This document shows positions 1 through 10,464 of a DNA stretch of 64,000 nucleotides, piece by piece; positions within the stretch are counted from its first letter, which is position 1, and every line of letters begins with the position of its first letter. The stretch is from an uncultured Nitrosopumilaceae archaeon. Lineage in GTDB: Archaea; Thermoproteota; Nitrososphaeria; Nitrososphaerales; Nitrosopumilaceae. Location: NCBI GenBank assembly GCA_942490965.1, contig CALNZF010000022.1, forward strand, positions 929 through 64,928. The letters are read 5' to 3'. The translations under genes and the position numbers were made by a program. The notes under the pieces were generated by a model that did no database searches, was not told where the DNA came from, and worked only from the letters and a program-made list of their open reading frames with translations.

Positions 1-130
1 GTAAACGAAACTTATCGAGGGGATGATTATACTTCCTTAATGGTCCAAGAGCATTTTGTCAATCGGACGCGGACATGGCTGAACAGATTAACAATCAAGT
101 AAACAACAGTCCAAATCCTAAAAAATTAGG

Positions 131-886
131 TTAACTTCTAAAACCTAGCATATATCCTCGAAGTAGTTGAATTCCCATTGCAGGATCAACACCTTTTGGA
201 CATACCTGACTACAAGAGCCAGCAAAATGACACCTCCAGATACCATGAGAGTCATCAATTATTTTCAATCTAGAATCTTTACCTTTATCCCTACTATCAG
301 CAACATACCGATATGCTTGAGCTAATGCTTGAGGACCAACAAAAGATGAATCAGTAGCCATTGTAGGACATGCAGAATTACACAAACCACATTTGATACA
401 ATTTGCAAATTGAATGTATTGTTCTACTTCTTCAGGAGTTTGTAAGAATTCTTTTTCATCAGATACTAATTCGGTATCATCTCGAATTAGATATGGTTTA
501 ATTTTTTGATGGGTATCAAATAATTTTTCAAACTTTACAGCCAAATCACGAATTACTGGGAAATTATTCATTGGTTCAACAGTAACAACATTAGAATCTA
601 ATTCACTAATTTTTGTAAAACAGGCCAATCTTGGCTTTCCATTAATTATCATTCCACATGAACCACATGTAGCTTGTCTACAAGAATAACGAACTGCGAC
701 AGAATGATCAAAATGTTTTTTGACATCAAGAATTGCTTCTAGAACAGTAGTCCATTTTTCATATTGGACATTAAATTCCATAAACTGACTTGATTCGTCA
801 TGTTCTGGATTATATCTTGAAATTTTAAGAGTGACAGATTTTGCTGTTGGGGATTGTTCATTTGGGATGCTAGAAACTTGTGCCAT
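131..886 (-). CDS. sdhB: Succinate dehydrogenase iron-sulfur subunit
   Basis: SCRQATCGSC 2Fe-2S motif, CIKCGLCNSACP and CHFAGSCSQVCP Fe-S motifs; in operon with sdhA. Confidence 0.97.
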   Translation of the reverse strand: MAQVSSIPNEQSPTAKSVTLKISRYNPEHDESSQFMEFNVQYEKWTTVLEAILDVKKHFDHSVAVRYSCRQATCGSCGMIINGKPRLACFTKISELDSNVVTVEPMNNFPVIRDLAVKFEKLFDTHQKIKPYLIRDDTELVSDEKEFLQTPEEVEQYIQFANCIKCGLCNSACPTMATDSSFVGPQALAQAYRYVADSRDKGKDSRLKIIDDSHGIWRCHFAGSCSQVCPKGVDPAMGIQLLRGYMLGFRS

Positions 887-888
887 TT

Positions 889-1245
889 CTATACCAACCC
901 CATGTTAGTCATAATAATTGTTCTTGAGCCATAGGCTATTAATCCAATCATTGCAGCAAGGCAACCATAAGATACAGCTTTTTCATACATTCTTCCTTGT
1001 TTCAATTCTATCAGTATAACTCGAAGCCCATTAAATCCATGAACAGCCAGCAAAATTAGAATTAATTCTAACATTATAGCGTATGGAATAAATTTGTAAT
1101 TTGCAAGTACACTTTCGTATTCTAAAGATTCAGCAAATCCCTGAGTAAGTCGCATCAAAATGTGAACTGCCACTAAAGCCACAGCTGCCAAAGCAGTCCC
1201 ATAATGAATTTTCATAATTGTGCTTTCTCTCATATTATTCACCAA
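889..1245 (-). CDS. sdhD: Succinate dehydrogenase membrane anchor subunit
   Basis: Three hydrophobic helices, HGFNGLR heme-ligand motif, operon position; true start may be MRESTIMK at 1233. Confidence 0.85.
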   Translation of the reverse strand: MVNNMRESTIMKIHYGTALAAVALVAVHILMRLTQGFAESLEYESVLANYKFIPYAIMLELILILLAVHGFNGLRVILIELKQGRMYEKAVSYGCLAAMIGLIAYGSRTIIMTNMGLV

Positions 1246-1666
1246 ACATTACCGCCAAACCGTACATCGTTGCAACTGCTGCAAGAACTATTGAAGAGTA
1301 AATTCCTATTTTATGTCTGTAATTTTGTGATGCTGGATCATATGGATAATCAGGTCTTGCAGGTTTTCCTACACCAACTCCTCCATGTCCCAACATTACT
1401 CTAATTCCATTCACTGTATGAAATACACACATTGCAATTACAATTGCTAAAAATAGATGTCCTTCTGTAGTTTGAGTTAATTCAAGAAACTCATTCCAAC
1501 CAACTTGGCCTCTTAAAATATTGCTTGTTTCATAAATGTGAGCTACAAAATATGCCAGCAATCCCAATCCGCTTAATCGCATTAACAAATATGCTACACG
1601 TTCAATTCCATATCTAGTAGGATTTATCATTCCTCCAATGCCTTCTTTGTGTTCATCTTGTGGCAT
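1235..1666 (-). CDS. sdhC: Succinate dehydrogenase cytochrome b subunit
   Basis: RLSG and FHTVNGIR motifs, three TM helices, operon position. Confidence 0.88.
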   Translation of the reverse strand: MPQDEHKEGIGGMINPTRYGIERVAYLLMRLSGLGLLAYFVAHIYETSNILRGQVGWNEFLELTQTTEGHLFLAIVIAMCVFHTVNGIRVMLGHGGVGVGKPARPDYPYDPASQNYRHKIGIYSSIVLAAVATMYGLAVMFGE

Positions 1667-3379
1667 CTAGTATTTCCTCTCCACTGGCTGGTACTTAGTA
1701 ATTGTGACCGGATGTGTTTTCATTATTGGTTCATTTGGATCATAGTAAGCAAGAGTATGATGTAAAAAGTTAGCATCATCACGTTTTGGATAATCAGTTC
1801 TTGAATGTGCTCCACGAGATTCTTTTCTGTTAATTGCACCAAGTAAAACAATCTCTGCCACTCTAAACATAGAGTCAAGTTCCATTACATTTGCAAAATT
1901 TGTATTGTATTCTTTTGCTTTATCATCAACATGTTTCCAAGTCTGCTTCTTTAGATCCCGAATTATTTTAAGACCTTCAATTAGATTGGTTTCATTTTTG
2001 TAAACATATGCTTTATCATTCATTGTGTCAGTAAGCTGTTGTCTAATTTCATATGGATTAACATCGCCATTTCCTCTAAAAATTCCATCATAGATTCTCT
2101 TTTCTTCAGCAGCTACAAGATGATGAGGCCAAGTATTTGTAAATGTATTATTTTGAATATAGTCAATTGCCAGTTCACCCGTAATTTTTCCCCAAACAAT
2201 ACATTCGGAGGTCGAATTTGCACCTAAACGATTAGAACCATGAACACTATTACATGCAGCCTCACCAGCAGCCCAAACACCTTGAATTTCAGTGGCACCA
2301 TCGATATCGGTATGTAATCCACCCATCATGTAATGACATACGGGTCTAATGTCAAGCAAATCTTTTGCAGGATCTTGACCTGAAAATTTAATTGATATTT
2401 CTCTAATTCCACCTAATTTCTCTTTAATTTTTTCATCTCCAAGATGTCGTAAATCAAGTTTCATACAATCTACTCCAGTTTCATGTTTGAAACCTCTACC
2501 TTCTTGAATTTCTGTCATAATTGATCTTGATACAATATCTCGTGGAGCTAATTCCATTTTACCGGCGGCATATGTTTTCATAAATCGCTCACCTTTGTTG
2601 TTAAGAAGATAACCGCCTTCTCCTCTTGCACCTTCAGTGATTAGAATTCCAGAGGGTAAAATTCCAGTTGGATGGAATTGAACAAATTCCATATCTTTGA
2701 GTGCCATACCAGCACGTAATCCCATATCCAAACCATCAGGAGTAGAAGAAAGAGCATAAGTAGAAAAACTGTATAATCTTCCTGCACCACCAGTTGCAAT
2801 AATGAGAGCTTTTCCTTTAATTGTGTAAAATGTACCAGAACCTAATTCAATTGCAGTGACACCCATGAATCGTTTTCCATCATGAATAATTGATGTAACA
2901 AACCATTCGTTTAGATATTCAATATTTTCAAATTTTTGACATGTATCATACAAAGTTTGCATTTCAAAGAAACCAACTTTATCTGATGCATATGTTGCTC
3001 TAGGGAAACTATAACCTCCAAAATTTCGTTGATCAATTCTTCCATCAGATCGTCTAGACCAAGGCATTCCCCAATGATCTAATTGATGAATTTCTTGTGG
3101 CATTTCAACACATAATCTTTCAGCAACATCTTGGTCTGCAAGAAAATCACTTCCTTTGACGGTGTCATAAACATGGGATTCAATTGTGTCACCTTCATCC
3201 TCAAAAAGAACTGCGGCAGTTCCACCTTCTGCTGAAACAGAGTGAGAACGCATAACCTGTACTTTGGATACAACTCCAATTTTGAGATGAGGGCCTTTCT
3301 TGGCAGCAGCAATTGCAGCACGCAAACCTGCCAAACCAGAACCACATATGATCAAGTCAAATTCTATTGAATCTACCAT
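1667..3379 (-). CDS. sdhA: Succinate dehydrogenase flavoprotein subunit
   Basis: GSGLAG FAD-binding, RSHSVSAEGG covalent-FAD His, QFHPTG, HGSNRLGANS, ESRGAH motifs. Confidence 0.98.
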   Translation of the reverse strand: MVDSIEFDLIICGSGLAGLRAAIAAAKKGPHLKIGVVSKVQVMRSHSVSAEGGTAAVLFEDEGDTIESHVYDTVKGSDFLADQDVAERLCVEMPQEIHQLDHWGMPWSRRSDGRIDQRNFGGYSFPRATYASDKVGFFEMQTLYDTCQKFENIEYLNEWFVTSIIHDGKRFMGVTAIELGSGTFYTIKGKALIIATGGAGRLYSFSTYALSSTPDGLDMGLRAGMALKDMEFVQFHPTGILPSGILITEGARGEGGYLLNNKGERFMKTYAAGKMELAPRDIVSRSIMTEIQEGRGFKHETGVDCMKLDLRHLGDEKIKEKLGGIREISIKFSGQDPAKDLLDIRPVCHYMMGGLHTDIDGATEIQGVWAAGEAACNSVHGSNRLGANSTSECIVWGKITGELAIDYIQNNTFTNTWPHHLVAAEEKRIYDGIFRGNGDVNPYEIRQQLTDTMNDKAYVYKNETNLIEGLKIIRDLKKQTWKHVDDKAKEYNTNFANVMELDSMFRVAEIVLLGAINRKESRGAHSRTDYPKRDDANFLHHTLAYYDPNEPIMKTHPVTITKYQPVERKY

Positions 3380-3459
3380 TTTTCAGTCAAACTTGCTTGG
3401 GGTGGGATAAATATGTAGTAATTGACAGGCATGATCCATAAAATTAAAATATATCACTA

Positions 3460-3984
3460 GTGATATCACTAGTGATGATTTCAGAGTGGTTTCAAAGAGT
3501 AGGCAGCTCAATTCCCAGAGGATTTTCAAGGTATTTCATTTTAGAACTATTGAAAAAAACCCCACATACAGGAAAAGAGATTATTGATTATGCGGTTGAG
3601 CAAAGCAATGGAATTTGGAAGCCTTCACCTGGATTGATTTATCCATTGTTGGGCAGATTGCTAGATGAAGGATTAATTGAAGAAACCAAAGATGGAAAAT
3701 ATCAATTAACAAAGAAAGGAGAAGACACAGCATCAGATGTGGATAAAGTAAATGACATTGTAAAAAAACAACTTGATGTTTTGTTTAGATTAGGAAACGT
3801 AGGAAGATTTGTTGCATTGGATTTATTAGAAAAAATTGCTACAATGGGGTCTATTCTAAGTTCCAATTATGCCAACATGACAGATGAGGAGACCAATAAA
3901 TACAAACAATTTCTAGAATCTGAACTAAAAAAAGTTCAAGATAAAGAAGTAAAGAAAAAAGGTAAAGAGATTAAGATCGAATAA
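3460..3984 (+). CDS. PadR-family transcriptional regulator
   Basis: ILELL...GKEI...WKPSPGLIYPLLGRL winged-helix signature; divergent from sdh operon. Confidence 0.88.
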   Translation: MISLVMISEWFQRVGSSIPRGFSRYFILELLKKTPHTGKEIIDYAVEQSNGIWKPSPGLIYPLLGRLLDEGLIEETKDGKYQLTKKGEDTASDVDKVNDIVKKQLDVLFRLGNVGRFVALDLLEKIATMGSILSSNYANMTDEETNKYKQFLESELKKVQDKEVKKKGKEIKIE

Positions 3985-4071
3985 TTATAAAATATCTTTA
4001 TTTTAAAAATTTATTTTATTTTCTTATGAATATGATTAAAATCATAAATAATTCAGAAAAGGAACATAATT

Positions 4072-4941
4072 ATGAAAAATTTGAAAAGTATGTTAAAATC
4101 AAAAAAACCACTTGTTATTCCAGGTGTTTATGATGCTCTAGGTGCAAAAATTGCTCAAAAAGTAGGATTTGATGCAATGTTCCAAACAGGATATGGAACT
4201 TCTGCCACATTATTTGGAATGCCAGATTATGGATTTATTGGAGCCACTGAAACTGTGGATAATGCCAGAAGAATTTGTAGAGCAGTGTCAGTTCCAGTAA
4301 TTGTTGATTCAGATACAGGATATGGAAATGCATTAAGCGTTTGGAAATTAGTAAAAGAGTTAGAATCAGCAGGAGCATCAGGGATATTCTTAGAAGATCA
4401 GAAATGGCCTAAACGATGTGGCCATATGCAAGGAAAAGAAGTGATTTCACAAGAAGAATATACAGAAAAATTGTCTGCTGCAATTGATGCACGAGAAAAT
4501 AAGAATTTCATCATTGTTGCCAGAACTGATGCTAGGGCAACTGAAGGATTGGATGAGGCAATTGAACGTGGAAAACAAAACAAAAAAACAGGTGCAGATG
4601 CAGTTTTTGTTGAAGCACCAAGATCAATTGATGAAATGAAGAAAATTGGAAAAGAAATCAATGCGCCACTTGTTGCAAATATGATTGAGGGCGGAGCAAC
4701 TCCATTGAGTTCAGCTGAATTATTAAGTAAAATAGGATTTAATATTATTCTCTATCCATTGTCAGTTTTGTATGCAAATACATTTGCATCAATGAATATT
4801 CTAACTGAATTAAAAAAGACTGGAAATACATCAAAGTATAAACAAAAAGTTGTGAATTTTGATCAGTTTAATGATTTAGTCGAACTTCCAAAATTTAAAA
4901 AATGGAAAAAAGTACGAAAAATCAAAAATAGAATAAAATAA
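4072..4941 (+). CDS. Isocitrate lyase/PEP mutase family protein (methylisocitrate lyase-like)
   Basis: VDSDTGYG, LEDQ and KRCGH catalytic motif, VARTDA; last residues probably altered by poly-A indels. Confidence 0.9.
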   Translation: MKNLKSMLKSKKPLVIPGVYDALGAKIAQKVGFDAMFQTGYGTSATLFGMPDYGFIGATETVDNARRICRAVSVPVIVDSDTGYGNALSVWKLVKELESAGASGIFLEDQKWPKRCGHMQGKEVISQEEYTEKLSAAIDARENKNFIIVARTDARATEGLDEAIERGKQNKKTGADAVFVEAPRSIDEMKKIGKEINAPLVANMIEGGATPLSSAELLSKIGFNIILYPLSVLYANTFASMNILTELKKTGNTSKYKQKVVNFDQFNDLVELPKFKKWKKVRKIKNRIK

Positions 4942-4962
4942 AAAATTTCAAGTAAAGTACGA

Positions 4963-5250
4963 TTAAGATGTAACTCGCTTTACTTCAATTTCTATTGTTG
5001 AAACATTTCTAGTTCTACCGTCTTGTGACTCTAATGATTCTGAGCCAATTTTAATTTCTCCGATAGAGTAGCCTGCATTTTCTGTTTTTCTTGCAATGAT
5101 TTGAGCTACATCCACAGCACGACCTATGCTGAGTCCTCTAGCTTTGATGTTGACGGTAGGTAAGTTTGCCAATTGAATTAGCGCTGATGTTACATATGCC
5201 ATCAATGGTTTCTTACCAATGAATACGGTGTCTCGGGTTTCATTTGACAT
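4963..5250 (-). CDS. albA: DNA/RNA-binding protein Alba
   Basis: VFIGKKPLMAYV, KARGLSIGRAVDVA, VSTIEI motifs. Confidence 0.95.
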   Translation of the reverse strand: MSNETRDTVFIGKKPLMAYVTSALIQLANLPTVNIKARGLSIGRAVDVAQIIARKTENAGYSIGEIKIGSESLESQDGRTRNVSTIEIEVKRVTS

Positions 5251-5365
5251 GTAAATTTTGGTATTTAAGGATAATTTAAAGCTAAAAGGGTATTTTGGAA
5301 TTAAATGAAAAAAAATTGAAAAAATTGAACCATTATTAACTAGAAAAGAAGAATTTGGTCAGAAG

Positions 5366-5902
5366 TTGGAAAATATTTCAAAAGTTTTAGAATTTGGAAA
5401 TAGTAAAGAAAAAATCAAAATTTTGGAGGCTTTGGATAATGAAGATGATCCCAACATGTTAGAAAAAATAATTTCAAAGTTAGATGATGACGATCTGGAA
5501 GTTAGAGGAGAAGCATTTAGTTCACTTTTGTTAAATAAAAATAAAATTTCTAATTTTTTAATCAATAGTTTGAATACTGCAAATAAAAACATCAGGGGTT
5601 TTGTGTCATTAGTTTTAGCAAATAGAAATGAAACATCAGCAATTCCTGAGATAATTAAACTTACAAAAGATGAACGTTCCATGGTTAGATCATGTGCTCT
5701 AGGAGCATTAGGACACCTTAAGGCTATTGAAGCAAAAGAGATATTTCTCGAAGCGTTGCTAGATTCCAACATAGAGGTAAAAAAAAGTGCCCTTCAAGCA
5801 ATAATTGATTTGAAAATTACATTGTCAGAAGAAAAAATCAGTGAAATTTTGAAAGAAGGAGATTCTGAAATCGAAAAAATGATTTCACTAATAAAAAAAT
5901 AA
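5366..5902 (+). CDS. HEAT-repeat protein
   Basis: Repeated L-x-D-x-x-x-x-VR-x-x-A-type units. Confidence 0.8.
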   Translation: MENISKVLEFGNSKEKIKILEALDNEDDPNMLEKIISKLDDDDLEVRGEAFSSLLLNKNKISNFLINSLNTANKNIRGFVSLVLANRNETSAIPEIIKLTKDERSMVRSCALGALGHLKAIEAKEIFLEALLDSNIEVKKSALQAIIDLKITLSEEKISEILKEGDSEIEKMISLIKK

Positions 5903-5903
5903 G

Positions 5904-5977
5904 TGGACCGGAAGGGATTTGAACCCTTGATCCGATGCATGCCATGCACCTATCCTACCGGACTAGACGACCGGCCC
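5904..5977 (-). tRNA. tRNA-Ala(GGC)
   Basis: Reverse complement GGGCCGG...GGTGC-AT-GGC-AT-GCATC...GGTTCAAATCC...CCGGTCC-A folds as a cloverleaf. Confidence 0.95.
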
Positions 5978-6102
5978 AATTATCAGAAATCTGATTGAAA
6001 TACGTTTTTCAAATTGGTTATTAACGTTTAGCGGTCAATAAGAAATTCGGGTTATGAAATTAACACAATATATTTAACCTTGCAAATGATGATTCAATCG
6101 TT

Positions 6103-6948
6103 ATGGTAGTAGATAACAAAGCAACTGTCACTTATGTCCAATTATTGAAAGAAGATCTTGTAATTATTAGAATGGTACCAAAAGACGGTCCAGTTCCAGA
6201 TTACAAAGCAGGTCAATTCATTACCCTTGGATTGCCAAATCCCGTAGAAAATGGAAAAATTGTTAGACGGGCATATTCAATTGCATCTCATCCAGAAAAT
6301 AGAGATTATGTCGAACTAGTTATCAGATGGGTTAGAAAACCACTTCCAGGTAGATTAACTACTCAAATATTTAATGTAAAAGAAGGGGATGAAATTCTTT
6401 GGTTAAAACCAACTGGTAGAGCATTACTAATTAGTGAGGAACTTCCAAATGGTGAAAAAGATAATCGTCGAGTTATTTGTATTGGTGGAGGAACAGGTCT
6501 TGCACCATTTGTAAGTTTTGCACAACATTTCCATGCTACTGGTGATAAACGAGAGATAATTGTTCTTCATGGTGCAAGTTATGTTGATGAATTAAGTTAC
6601 AAAGACTTGTTAACTAATCTTGAAAATGAGAGCATTGCCAGAGGCAAAGATGAATGGAATTTTAAATACAGAGCTGCAATCAGTAGACCACAAGAATGGT
6701 TTAACAGATCATGGGCAGGTCAAGTTGGAAGAGTTGAAACATTCCTAAGACCAAGAGAAGGAGGACTATCACCATTAGAAGAATTAATTGGAGATAAAAT
6801 AACTAAAGAAAATACAATTTTCTATGTTTGTGGTTGGCAAGGAACTATTGATGGTGTAATGGATTTCTTGAATCCAAAAGGTTTCATCACCGAACATGAC
6901 AAACGTGAAGATGGAAGCTTTGAAGTAAAATACGAATCATACGGATAG
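6103..6948 (+). CDS. Ferredoxin--NADP(+) reductase
   Basis: RAYSIAS FAD motif, GGGTGLAPF and YVCG NADP motifs. Confidence 0.92.
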   Translation: MVVDNKATVTYVQLLKEDLVIIRMVPKDGPVPDYKAGQFITLGLPNPVENGKIVRRAYSIASHPENRDYVELVIRWVRKPLPGRLTTQIFNVKEGDEILWLKPTGRALLISEELPNGEKDNRRVICIGGGTGLAPFVSFAQHFHATGDKREIIVLHGASYVDELSYKDLLTNLENESIARGKDEWNFKYRAAISRPQEWFNRSWAGQVGRVETFLRPREGGLSPLEELIGDKITKENTIFYVCGWQGTIDGVMDFLNPKGFITEHDKREDGSFEVKYESYG

Positions 6949-6999
6949 GATTTTTCAAATATCAATCATTGAAATATGAGAATTTTTTATGTGATGTAA

Positions 7000-7602
7000 T
7001 TGGTTACAGCACTTTATCTTGCGCATCTAAATCCAGTAACAAATGCGCATGTAGAAATCATTACGGAATTAAAAAAACAAGCAGACATTGTCAAAGTAAT
7101 GCCAGTTGTCTTTAAAGATGAAGATAGGGAAATAAACAGTAAGAGTTTTCCATTTAATTTTGAAACTAGAAAAAAAATGCTTGAATCCATTTTTGGTGAT
7201 TCAATTCAAATTACTGATGATTACGCATTTTATGCCCCATTTAAAAAATATCTACCACCATTAGTTAGACGAAAATCATGGAAATTAAGAAAACAGATTC
7301 TTGATGGAGTAAAAGGAGATTATTTTTCATATACAGGAGATAAGGCTGAAGGATACATGCTGAAAATGTATAGATTAAAACCAAAAATTGGGGAGAGAAA
7401 ATCGCTTTCTGCTACATCTGTAAAAGAAAAATTGTATAATGCAATTCATGAAAAAAAATCATCATGGAAAGAGGATGTTCCAGAAAGCGTTGTTAAAATT
7501 ATTGAAGATGAATGGGAAACAGTTGAAAAATATGCAAATAGTGAAGATCAAACAACTAGAATTGTAGGAATGAAATTTCCTAAAGAAGGTTATTCAAAAT
7601 AA
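7000..7602 (+). CDS. Cytidylyltransferase-like (HxGH superfamily) nucleotidyltransferase
   Basis: N-terminal HLNPVTNAH (HIGH-like), PFNFETRKKM, and LSATSVK (SxT motif). Confidence 0.7.
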   Translation: MVTALYLAHLNPVTNAHVEIITELKKQADIVKVMPVVFKDEDREINSKSFPFNFETRKKMLESIFGDSIQITDDYAFYAPFKKYLPPLVRRKSWKLRKQILDGVKGDYFSYTGDKAEGYMLKMYRLKPKIGERKSLSATSVKEKLYNAIHEKKSSWKEDVPESVVKIIEDEWETVEKYANSEDQTTRIVGMKFPKEGYSK

Positions 7603-7636
7603 ATAGAGATTAATACACTCACAGTAAATTTTTTCC

Positions 7637-8554
7637 ATGGCAGTTACCCTTTCAAAATACGTGTGGTTTGATGGAAAATACATGCCTATAGAAAAAGCAC
7701 AAGTTCCAATTACAACACATGCAATCCATTATGGCACATCAATCTTTGAAGGAATCAGAGCATATTGGAATGGAGAAAACCTCAATGTGTTTAGATTAGA
7801 TGAGCATGTGAAAAGATTTAGAAGATCAGGACAGTTTTACAATATTTCACTTAATTTTTCTGACGATGAGATTACAAATGCAATTATTGGAATTTGTAAA
7901 AAAAATAAAATAAAAAAATCTTGCTACATACGACCATTCTATTTTGTTGGCGATTATGGGATTAATCTGCACGTAACTGAAAAAGCACCTACCAACGTTG
8001 CAATCTTTACATTTCCTTTTGGAGACTTGTTTAACAAAAATGGAATTACTGCAGGTGTTGTATCTTGGAGAAAATTCTCAGACATGTCCACACCACCTCA
8101 AGCCAAAATGGGTGGAAATTATCTAAATTCCATTATTGCTACACAAGAAGCAAAACGAAATGGAGTGGATGAAGCAATTTTGCTTGATCATAATGGGAAT
8201 GTCAGCGAAGCACCAGGTGAGAATATTTTCATTGTAAGAAATGGACAATTAGTTACTCCGTCAATGTCATCATCAGCACTTGAAGGGATTACTCGTGATT
8301 CAATTATCAAAATTGCCAAAGATTTGGATATAGATATGATTGAGCGAGACATTACAAGAAGTGAATTAATAATATCCGAGGAGATTTTCCTAACTGGAAC
8401 TGCAGCTGAAATTACACCAATCATACAAATGGATTCAAAACAGATAGGAAATGGAAAACCGGGAGATATTACAAAAAAGATGATGGAAATGTATACAGAG
8501 ATAGTAATGGACAAAAATGATGATTATTCTCATTGGTTAACTGAGGTATATTAG
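7637..8554 (+). CDS. ilvE: Branched-chain amino acid aminotransferase
   Basis: HYGTSIFEGIRAY, AKMGGNY PLP lysine, LEGITR, FLTGTAAEITP. Confidence 0.95.
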   Translation: MAVTLSKYVWFDGKYMPIEKAQVPITTHAIHYGTSIFEGIRAYWNGENLNVFRLDEHVKRFRRSGQFYNISLNFSDDEITNAIIGICKKNKIKKSCYIRPFYFVGDYGINLHVTEKAPTNVAIFTFPFGDLFNKNGITAGVVSWRKFSDMSTPPQAKMGGNYLNSIIATQEAKRNGVDEAILLDHNGNVSEAPGENIFIVRNGQLVTPSMSSSALEGITRDSIIKIAKDLDIDMIERDITRSELIISEEIFLTGTAAEITPIIQMDSKQIGNGKPGDITKKMMEMYTEIVMDKNDDYSHWLTEVY

Positions 8555-9490
8555 ATGAAAATTGTCCAAATTGGAACTGGCGGATGGGGAAAGAACCATA
8601 CAAGAATTTTATCACAATTAGGAGTACTAGTAGCCGTATGTGATGCAGATTCTCAAAAAAGCAAAGAATATGGAGAAAAGTATTCTGTAAATCACTATAC
8701 ATCATTAGATGAATTACTAACTTCAGAAGAATTTGATGGTGCATTTGTAGTAACTCCGACATCAACTCATACTGCAATTGCACAAAAATTACTAGAAGCA
8801 AAAAAGCATGTTTTTGTTGAAAAACCAATGACATACAAATCTGAAGATGGGCAGAATCTTGTAAAAATTGCAGAAAAAAATAAAGTGATTTTAACTTGTG
8901 GATATATTGAAAGATTCAATCCTGCAGTTGGCGTAGTAAAAAAAATGGTCAAAGAGAAAAAATATGGCGACTTAGTAATGCTTGAATTTCACAGAGAAAA
9001 TAGAATGCCTCTCCACATTAAAGATGTGGGAATTATTTATGATACATCAGTTCATGATATCGATACTGCAAATTGGTTGTTTGATGATATGCCACAAGTG
9101 GTATTTGCAAGAGCAGGAAAAATAAAACATGAACATGAGGATTTTGCAAGCATTATGTTAGGATACAAAAATGACAAAGTTGCAATTATTTCATCAAACT
9201 GGATTACACCAAAAAAATTAAGAAAATTTAATGCAGTATGCACTGAGGCAATAATTTCATCAGATTTTATCACTCAAGAGATAGTTGTAGAAAAAGATGA
9301 AGATTCAGAAATCATGCAGAATGAAAAGCAAGAGCCATTGTTACTTGAGATTCAAAGTTTTCTCGGAGCTATTGAAGGTAAAAATGAACAAGTTGTAAAA
9401 TCACAAGAAGCAGTGAATGTGACAAAAATTGCCGAAGCTGCACTTTTATCTAGTCAAAAGGGAATCCCTATCTATCTGGATCTAAAATGA
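8555..9490 (+). CDS. Gfo/Idh/MocA family oxidoreductase
   Basis: GTGGWG Rossmann motif, HVFVEKP, ERFNP, DTSVHDID. Confidence 0.9.
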   Translation: MKIVQIGTGGWGKNHTRILSQLGVLVAVCDADSQKSKEYGEKYSVNHYTSLDELLTSEEFDGAFVVTPTSTHTAIAQKLLEAKKHVFVEKPMTYKSEDGQNLVKIAEKNKVILTCGYIERFNPAVGVVKKMVKEKKYGDLVMLEFHRENRMPLHIKDVGIIYDTSVHDIDTANWLFDDMPQVVFARAGKIKHEHEDFASIMLGYKNDKVAIISSNWITPKKLRKFNAVCTEAIISSDFITQEIVVEKDEDSEIMQNEKQEPLLLEIQSFLGAIEGKNEQVVKSQEAVNVTKIAEAALLSSQKGIPIYLDLK

Positions 9491-9756
9491 ATAAAACAAT
9501 GATGGATATTTTGGCATGCCCTATAGATAAAACTCACCCCTTGGAATTATTTCAAATAAAGGAAAAAGATGATGTTGTATCAGAAGGCGCAATATTTTGC
9601 CCAAAATGTTCTAGATTTTACCCAATCATAGAGGAAATCCCAATCATGTTACCAGATGAACTGCGAGACAAAAAACAAGAGATGGAATTTTTGAAAAAAT
9701 TCAAGGATCAATTACCTGAAAAAATTATTACAAAGGCAAACCCATGGCACTTGTGA
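9487..9756 (+). CDS. Trm112 family methyltransferase activator
   Basis: ILACPIDK...CPKC.RFYPIIEEIPIMLPDE. Confidence 0.9.
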   Translation: MNKTMMDILACPIDKTHPLELFQIKEKDDVVSEGAIFCPKCSRFYPIIEEIPIMLPDELRDKKQEMEFLKKFKDQLPEKIITKANPWHL

Positions 9757-9760
9757 GATA

Positions 9761-10237
9761 ATGGTTACTAATTTTATTTCAGAAAAAGCAAAAATTGGAG
9801 AAAATGTTCAAGTTTGGCATTTTTCGTATGTCGGGGATAATGTAGAAATTGGAGATAACGTCAAAATTGGCTCTCTTGCACATATTGATTACGATGTAAA
9901 GATTGGTGAAAATACAAAGATTGAAGGTCAAGCATACATACCACCACTTTCAAGAATTGGAAAAAATGTATTCATCGGACCAGCCGCAGTATTAACAAAT
10001 GATCCTTATCCGATGTGTGACAAAATGATAGGAGTCACAATTGAAGATAATGTAATTATCGGAGCACGTGCAGTTATCAAAGCAGGTGTAACTGTAGGAA
10101 AAAATAGTGTTGTTGCAATGGGTGCAATTGTAACAAGAGATGTTCCTGAAAATGTAGTTGTAATAGGTTCGCCAGCTTCAATTAGATACAGCAGAGAAGA
10201 GTACGACAAAAAACAAAGACAGTGGAAAGAAAGTTAA
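9761..10237 (+). CDS. Hexapeptide-repeat N-acetyltransferase (WbpD/WxcM-like)
   Basis: IGENVQ/IGDNVK left-handed beta-helix repeats, LTNDPYP, GAIVTRDVP. Confidence 0.88.
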   Translation: MVTNFISEKAKIGENVQVWHFSYVGDNVEIGDNVKIGSLAHIDYDVKIGENTKIEGQAYIPPLSRIGKNVFIGPAAVLTNDPYPMCDKMIGVTIEDNVIIGARAVIKAGVTVGKNSVVAMGAIVTRDVPENVVVIGSPASIRYSREEYDKKQRQWKES

Positions 10238-10464
10238 AGTTTAATTTCTTTTTTGAAAATCCAATTCTTTATCTTTGACAAAATTAAAATCCAGATTACA
10301 ACTAGGACTAGCGCAATAACTGCTTTAATTACAGATGCGATAAACCAATTAAATTCACCAAATCCTGAAATTGAAATTGGTCCAAGTATAGTGACTACAA
10401 TTCCACCACCTACAATGATCAAAGCCCACATTGCAAACAAAAATCCAAAAAGACCAGACTTCAA
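10234..10464 (-). CDS. Small two-TM membrane protein
   Basis: Two hydrophobic segments; overlaps the upstream gene stop by 4 nt. Confidence 0.7.
   Translation of the reverse strand: MKSGLFGFLFAMWALIIVGGGIVVTILGPISISGFGEFNWFIASVIKAVIALVLVVIWILILSKIKNWIFKKEIKL

Noticed and set aside
1-130. Possible gene end or another junction before sdhB
   Set aside because: Too short to assign; only a weak CCTAA/TTAGG hairpin is visible.
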